Assembly (NCBI RefSeq): GCF_009914755.1 | Contig: NC_060927.1 | Reading direction: 5' to 3' (one strand) | DNA from: the human T2T-CHM13v2.0 reference genome, Homo sapiens | DNA length: 64,000 bases | In this document: positions 56,539 to 64,000 of the stretch, one piece after another | Position numbering within the stretch: the first letter of the stretch is position 1 | Layout: each line of letters starts with the position of its first letter | Notes under the pieces: generated by a model | Told to the model about the DNA's origin: nothing | The model's input: the letters and a program-made list of their open reading frames with translations, nothing else | Database searches by the model: none | Position numbers and translations under genes: made by a program

Positions 56539-59500
56539 TTTGGTGCCATGACTCGGATCGGGGGACCTCCCTTGGGAGATCACTCCCCTGTCCTCCTGCT
56601 CTTTGCTCAGTGAGAAAGATCCACCTATGACCTCGGGTCCTCAGACCGACCAGCCCAAGGAATATCTCACCAATTTTAAATCAGGTAAGCAGCCTTTTTT
56701 TTACTCTCTTCTCCAACCTCTCTTACTATCCCTCAACCTCTTTCTCCTTTCAATCTTGGCGCCAAACTTCAATCTCTCTCTTCTCTCAATTTCAGTTCCT
56801 TTCCTTTTCTGGTAGAGACAAAGGAGATGCATTTTATCCGTGAACCCAAAACTCCGGCGCTGAACATGGACTTGGGAAGACAGTCTTCCCTTGGTTTTTA
56901 ATCACGCAGGGGACACCTGCCTGATTATTCACCCACGTTTCAGAGGTGTCTGACCACACAGGGATGCCTGCCTTGGTCCTTCACCCTTAGCAGCAAGTAC
57001 CGCTTTTCTGGAGGGCCAGAACCCCCCGACCCCTTTTCTCCGTGTCTCTACACCTTTTCTGCTTTTCTGGAGGGCAAGAACTCTCTGACCCCTTCTCTCC
57101 ATGTCTCTACCCCTTCTCCACTTTCCTGGGGGGCAAGCACCCCCCACCCCTTCTCTTCGTGTCTCTACTCTCTTTTCTCTGGGCTTGCCTCCTTCACCAT
57201 GGGCAGCCTTCCACCCTCCATTCCTCCTTTTTCTCCCTTAGCCTGTGTTCTGAAGAACTTAAAACCTCTTCAACTCACACCTGACCTAAACCTAAATGCC
57301 TCATTTTCTTCTGCAATGCCGCTTGACCCCAATACAAACTCGACAGTGGTTCCAAATAGCCAGAAAACGGCACTTTCGATTTTTCCATCCTACAAGATCT
57401 AAATAATTCTTATTGTAAAATAGGCAAACAGTCTGAGGTGCCTGACGTCCAGGCATTCTTTTACACATTGTTCCCTCCCTAGTCTCTGTTCCCGATGCGA
57501 CTCATCCCAAACCCTCCTTCTTTCCCTCTCACCTCTCCCCTCAATCCCAACCCCAAGCGTCGCTGAGTCTTTCTAATCTTCCTTTTCTACAGACCCATCT
57601 GACCTCTCCCCTCCTCCCCAGGCTGCTCCTTGCCAGGCCGAGCTAGGTCCCAATTCTTCCTCAGCCTCCGCTCCTCCACCCTATAATCTTTTTATCACCT
57701 CCCCTCCTCACACCCGGTCCAGCTTACAGTTTCATTCCGCGACTAGCCCTCCCCCTCCTGCCCAGCAATTTACTCTTAAAAAGGTGGCTGGAGCTAAAGA
57801 CATAGTCAAGGTTAATGCTCCTTTTTCTTTATCCCACTTCTCCCAAATCAGTTAGTGTTTAGGCTCTTTTTCATCAAATATGAAAAACCCAGCCAGTTCA
57901 TGACTCATTTGGCGGCAACCCTGAGACGCTTTACAGCCCTAGACCCTAAAAGGTCAAAAGGCCGTCTTATTCTCAATATACATTTTATTACCCAATCCGC
58001 TTCTGACTTTAAATAAAGCTCCAAAAATTAAATTCCGGCCCTCAAACCCCACAACAGGACTTAATTAACCTTGCCTTCAAGGTGTATGATAATAGAAAAA
58101 AGTTGCAATTCCTTGCCTCCACTGTGAGACAAACCCCAGCCACGTCTCCAGCACACAAGAACTTCAAAACGCCTGAACCGCAGCACCGAGGCTTTCCTCC
58201 AGAACCTCCTCCCCCAGGAGCTTGCTACAAGTGCCAGAAATCTGGCCACTGGGCCAAGAAATGCCCGCAGCCCGGGATTCCTCATAAGCCACGTCCCATC
58301 TGTGCGGGACCCCACTGAAAATCGGACCGTTCAGCTCACCTGGCAGCCACTCCCAGAGCCCCTGGAACTCTGGCCCAAGGCTCTCTGACTGACTCCTTCC
58401 CAGATCTTCTCCGCTTAGCGGCTGAAGACTGACACTGCCCGATCGCCTCAGAAGCCCCTAAACCATCACGGATGCCAAGCTTCGGGTAACTCTCACAGTG
58501 GAAGGTAAGTCCGTCCCCTTCTTAATCAATACAGAGGCTACCCACTTCACATTACCTTCTTTTCAAGGGTCTGTTTCCCTTGCCGCCATAACTGTTGTGG
58601 GTATTGACGGCCAGGCTTCTAAACCTCTTAAAACTCCCCAACTCTGGTGCCAACTTAGACAATACTCTTTTAAGCACTCCTTTTTAGTTATCCCCACCTG
58701 CCCAGTTCCCTTATTAGGCTGAGACACTTTAACTAAATTATCTGCTTCCCTGACTATTCCTGGGCTACAGCCACACCTCATTGCCGCCTTTTCCCCCAGT
58801 TCAAAGCCTGCTTCACATCCTCCCCTTGTATCTCCCCACCTTAACCCACAAGTATAGGACACTGCTACTCCCTCCTTAGCGACCGATCATGCACCCCTTA
58901 CCATCCCATTAAAACCTAATCACCCTTACCCCGCATAATGCCAATATCCCATCCCACAGCACACTTTAAGAGGATTAAAGTCTGTTATCACTCGCCTGCC
59001 ACAGCATGGCCTTTTAAAGCCTATAAACTCCCCTTACAATTCCCCCATTTTACCTGTCCTAAAACCAGACAAGGCTTACAGGTTAGTTCAGGATCTGTGC
59101 CTTATCAATCAAATTGTTTTGCCTATCCACCCCGTGGTGCCAAACCCATATACTCTCCTATCCTCAATACCTCCCTACACAACCCATTATTCTGTTCTGG
59201 ATCTTAAACATGCTTTCTTTACTATTCTTTGCACCCTTCATCCCAGCCTCTCTTCGCTTTCACTTGGACTGACCCTGACACCCATCAGGCTCAGCAAACT
59301 ACCTGGGCTGTACTGCCACAAGGCTTCAGACAGCCCCCATTTCTTCAGTCACGCCCAAATTTCTTCCTCATCTGTTACCTATCTCGGCATAATTCTCATA
59401 AAAACACATGTGCTCTCCCTGCCGATCGTGTCCGACTGATCTCTCAAACCCCAGCACCTACAAAACAACAACTCCTTTCCTTCCTAGGCATGGTTAGATA

Positions 59501-61391
59501 CTTTCGACTTTAGATACCTGGTTTTGCCAAAAAACATTATATAAACTCACAAAAGGAAACCTAGCTGACCCCATAGATCCTAAATCCTTTCCCCACTCCT
59601 CTTTCCATTCCTTGAAGACAGCTTTAGAGACTGCCCCCACCCTAGCTCTCCCTGACTCATCCCAACCCTTTTCATTACCCACAGCCCAAATACGGGGCTG
59701 TGCAGTCAGAATTCTTACACAAGAACTGCGACTGCGCCCTGTAGCCTTTTTATCCAAACAACTTGACCTTACTGTTTTGCCTAGCCCTCAAGTCTGCATG
59801 CAGTGGCCGCCACCACCCTAATACTTTTAGAGGCCCTTAAAATCACAAACTATGCTCAACTCACTCTCTATAGTTCTCATAATTTCCAAAATCTATTTTC
59901 TTCCTCACACCTGACACATACACTTTCTGCTCCCTGGCTCCTTCAGCTGTACTCACTCTTTGTTGAGTCTCCCACAATTACCATTGTTCCTGGCAGGGAC
60001 TACAATCTGGCCTCCCACATTATTCCTGATACCACACCTGACCCCCATAACTGTATCTCTCTGATCCACCTGACATTCACCCCATTTTCCCATATTTCCT
60101 TCTTTCCTGTTCCTCACCCTGATCACACTTGGTTTACTGATGGCAGTTCCACCAGGCCTAATTGCCACACACCAGCAAAGGCAGGCTATGCTATAGTACA
60201 AGCCACTAACCTGCCTCTTAGAACCTCTCATTTCCTTTCCATCGTGGAACTCTATCCTCAAGGAAATAACTTCTCAGTGTTCCATCTGCTATTCTACTAC
60301 TCTTCAGGGATTATTCAGGCCCCCTCCCTTCCCTACACATCAAGCTCAGGGATTTGCCCCCGCCCAGGACTGGCAAATTGGCTTTACTTGACATGCCCTG
60401 AGTCAGGAAACTAAAATACCTCTTGGTCTGGGTAGACACTTTCACTGGATAGGTAGAGGCCTTTCCCACAGGGTCTAAGAAGGCCACCATGGTCACTTCT
60501 TCCCTTCTGTCAGACATAATTCCTCTCTCTGGCCTTCCCACCTCTATACAGTCCTATAATGGACCGGACTTTATTAGTCAAATCACCCAAGCAGTTCCTC
60601 AGGCTCTTAGTATTCAGTGAACTAATGGTCTTTTAAAAACACACCTCGCCAAGCTCAGCCACCAACTTAAAAAGGACTGGACAATACTTTTACCACTTGC
60701 CCTTCTCAGAATTCAGGCCTGTCCTCAGAATGCTACAAGGTACAGCCCATTTAAGTCCTGTATAGACACTCCTTTTTATTAGGCCCCAGTCTCATTCCAG
60801 ACACCAGATCAACTTGGACTGTGCCCCAAAAAACTTGTCATCCCTACTATCTTGTCTAGTCATACTCCTATTCACCATTCTCAACTACTCATAAATGCCC
60901 TGCTCTTGTTTACACTGCCGGTTTACACTGTTTTCCAAGCCATCACAGCTGATATCTCCTGGTGCTATCCCCAAACCGCCACTCTTAACTCTTAAAGTAA
61001 ATAAATAATCTTTGCTGGCAAGGCTACGCTGAACCTCCTCAGGCACTCTCTAATTAGATGTCCTAGGTCCTCCCAATTCTTAGTCCTTTAATACCTGTTT
61101 TTCTTCTTCTCTTATTCCATTTAATTTTTTAATTCATACAAAACCGTATCCAGGCCATCACCAATAATTCTGTAAGACAAATGTTTCTTCTAACAACCCT
61201 ACAATATCACCCCTTACCACAAAATCTGCCTTCAGCTTAATCTCTCCCACTCTAGGTTCCCACACCGCCCCTAATCCCGCTTGAAGCAGCCCTGAGAAAC
61301 ATCGCCCATTCTCTCTTCATACCACCCTCAAAATTTTCGCCGCCCCAACACTTCAACACTATTTTATTTTTCTTATTAATATAAGAAGACA
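56539..61391 (+). mobile_element. HERV-H internal region (defective gag/pro/pol, env mostly deleted), no 3' LTR
   Basis: tRNA-His PBS TGGTGCCATGACTCGGAT 56541-56558; splice donor AG|GTAAG at 56685; zinc knuckle CYKCQKSGHWAKKC; protease, RT, RNase H and IN fragments with stops and frameshifts; ends ...TATAAGAAGACA then GTTGC. Confidence 0.93.
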
Positions 61392-61427
61392 GTTGCCTTC
61401 TGAATCACTGGGGATATAGATCCTTAC

Positions 61428-61531
61428 TTGTTAAATCTTTCCATTTCTTGTACTAACACAGTATTCATGCTTTCTTCATATCTCACAGGATACTTCCGTA
61501 GTGCCATTTCAATGTCGAAATCACTAGGGAG
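61428..61531 (-). CDS. DNAH12: DNAH12 coding exon
   Basis: tag|CTC CCT...AAC AA|gtaagg; [34 protein letters not shown]. Confidence 0.93.
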
Positions 61532-61942
61532 CTAAAAGAATAGATTTTGAAGATCACAAATTATTCTCAGAATGGATAATTAGCTTAATTCAGCCATTAT
61601 ATAATAATAGCTAATACTAGGGTGTATATGTACATTAGCTCATAACGTACAGTAATGTATATAAGTCCTATGTACCTTAGCTCATCCACAACCACAGTTA
61701 CTAAGAACTTACTATATGCCAGGCATTTTATAAGCCACTTTAAATTCATGATGTCTTTAATGTTCTCAAAAAACTTAAAAAAATTGGTAGTATTATCACC
61801 ATTTAACGGATTTGGAGGCTAATGCTTAGAGAGGCAAAGTTCTTGCTCAAGATCATAATGCTAGTACATGGAGTTTTCAGATTGTCATTTCAGTATCATT
61901 TTTATTTATATTATAAGTAACATATTTTAAGCTGAACATTAC

Positions 61943-62131
61943 CTTGTTGAGGATATCTTTGGTAATTTCTAACAGAATCTGATCAGTACTTCCTGAGGCT
62001 CCTGTCTGTTTGGAGCCTCCCTGGGTGAGGAGCAAGGACTCAAAGAGGGTTTTTGTTTGTTGAAGATCCTTGGAGATGTCAACGTTTTCATGTAATCCAA
62101 ATATCTCAGGGTGTTGAGTAAATGGAAGTTT
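61943..62131 (-). CDS. DNAH12: DNAH12 coding exon
   Basis: tag|AAA CTT CCA...AAC AAG|gtaatg; KLPFTQHPEIFGLHENVDISKDLQQTKTLFESLLLTQGGSKQTGASGSTDQILLEITKDILNK. Confidence 0.93.
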
Positions 62132-62176
62132 CTACCAGAAAACAAATTAAGCATGCATCATATTTTCCCTGGATAC

Positions 62177-62760
62177 TGAAAGGGATGATCAGGATACGCT
62201 ACTCCAAAATATGCTACTTTGGCATAGGGGTTATGTGAGTTGAAGCCAATTAATAATTAACAGATACAGAAAGAGGTCTCTGCCCTCCCCTTATCTGTCT
62301 AAAAGTAGGGCATCAATTTCCATTTTTGACTTGTAGCATACATTTCCTCTTTCTTGTACCAGGATGAAGAGAATGACCCTTCTCACTGGAGACAGAACTG
62401 GCACTGAGATGAGTCTGTATAAATAGACCTCAGTCAAAATAATCCTTATCTTCCACTAGTTTCCCCCATATGTTTCCTAATCACTTTCCCACAATGTATT
62501 GCCCCTAGAACTCTAAACCCCCTTTCCTTTATCTAGTCATGTCTCTACAATTTATCACCCTCTGTTAAAATGGTAAATATGCCCAAGTACAACTGCATCG
62601 TTTGGTTTTCACTCCTTTTCTGCAAAGCTCATGTGCACAGAAAAATGTTAATATCCATACAAACTATACTGCCTCTTCTCCTGCTAATTTGTTTTTTGTC
62701 AGTTTGATTGGCAGGCCCCTGGCACTGAGCCTAAGAGGGTAAAGTTTTTCCTTTCCTACA
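62177..62760 (+). mobile_element. MER34-like ERV1 solo LTR
   Basis: TG...CA with 4-bp TSD ATAC; CCAAAATATGCTACTTTGGCATA motif. Confidence 0.72.
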
Positions 62761-62993
62761 ATACATGAATTCATAAGGCAGACATGTGCAGACCAAAAAA
62801 GGGTTAAAAATCAACATCAAATAATGGAATACTCAAACTTTTCTAATTTTCAGTAATTACTAGAAAAAGATTATTAAAAGTTGATTAAAACCATAATATT
62901 TGTCTAAACCTATACATTAGAGAAGAACATTTCACCATTTGCTGTTAGAAAAATCACACATTAATCTAACCTTATTTTTGGTGACATCATTAC

Positions 62994-63227
62994 CTTAATG
63001 AATTCAATGTAGTCCTCATAAGTGCCTTTAGGAGGTGCAAAATAGTTTCCACTGGGAGAAAACTTATAATGAGGGTTTTCAACTATGTACAGATTATAAA
63101 AGTCAGCCAGCATGGTTAATAGAAGACGTCTGTCCCAATCGTCTGTCACTCTTCCTCCATAATTACACTCCCCAGTCAGGTAAGATATAGCTTCAAATGG
63201 AATTGTATCATATTCATTGATAAATAA
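62994..63227 (-). CDS. DNAH12: DNAH12 coding exon
   Basis: cag|TTA TTT...ATT AAG|gtaatg; LFINEYDTIPFEAISYLTGECNYGGRVTDDWDRRLL... (dynein YGGRVTDDWDRR motif). Confidence 0.94.
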
Positions 63228-63290
63228 CTGAAGCAAAGGAAAAATGAAACAAGAAAAACCTTAAAGTATTTCACTTCATTTCCATTTTAA

Positions 63291-63699
<409 letters not shown>

Positions 63700-63809
63700 T
63701 GAAATAAAGACATATTGCTTCTGTAATGAGAAAAACATTTAATAAAAAAAGACGACATGGAAATTACCAAGTATTTTTCATATGAATGTGGATAAACCTT
63801 GTTTTATGG

Positions 63810-64000
63810 CACTAGCTATCAACTGGGGTTTTGTCCCCCAGGTTACATTTGGCAATGTCTGGAGATAACTTAGATGGTCACAACTGTGGTGGGGGCTGGG
63901 GTGTTACTGGCATCTATTGGGTAGAAGCCTGGGCTGCTGCTAGACAATACACAGGAGAGCTGCCCACAGCAAAGAACTATCTGGCCCAAAATGCCAATCA
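63810..64000. mobile_element. MER20 (hAT-Charlie)
   Basis: CATTTGGCAATGTCTGGAGA...TACTGGCATCTA...TATCTGGCCCAAAATG. Confidence 0.78.

Noticed and set aside
58082-60414. HERV-H gag/pro/pol ORFs, including the 203-aa ORF, as functional or domesticated genes
   Set aside because: Protease active site reads NTEA rather than DTGA, the second zinc knuckle is broken, and pol has multiple stops and deletions.

Overview
Primate, most likely human (3p14.3 by gene order), AT-rich genomic DNA with three spliced protein-coding genes. APPL1 (+) contributes its last 13 coding exons (end of BAR, PH, PTB, C-terminal tail; stop at 21956-21958) and a ~3.8 kb 3'UTR. ASB14 (-) is complete (ankyrin repeats plus SOCS box; ATG at 44318, stop at 28818), with a predicted non-coding last exon antisense to APPL1's final exons. 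DNAH12 (-) contributes its last 8 coding exons (stop at 46066). Introns hold ~30 Alus, nested L1MA elements, solo LTRs, Tigger/MER elements and a HERV-H provirus. I found no new gene system, and there are no prokaryotic features. The most notable observations: (1) APPL1 and ASB14 RNA-processing signals are reciprocally embedded in each other; (2) ASB14 has three atypical donors, one reading TT in the frame needed for the 587-aa product, in an intron that also has a perfect 28-bp inverted repeat and an AG|GTAAG acceptor; (3) the HERV-H lacks its whole 3' LTR but keeps both target-site duplications; (4) an ancient L1MA insertion appears to carry a 3' transduction; (5) an LTR22 (HML-5) solo LTR sits inside an AluSc-like element. 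Gene names, exon numbers and repeat subfamilies come from recall, not database searches. Repeat boundaries are approximate unless a TSD is quoted.
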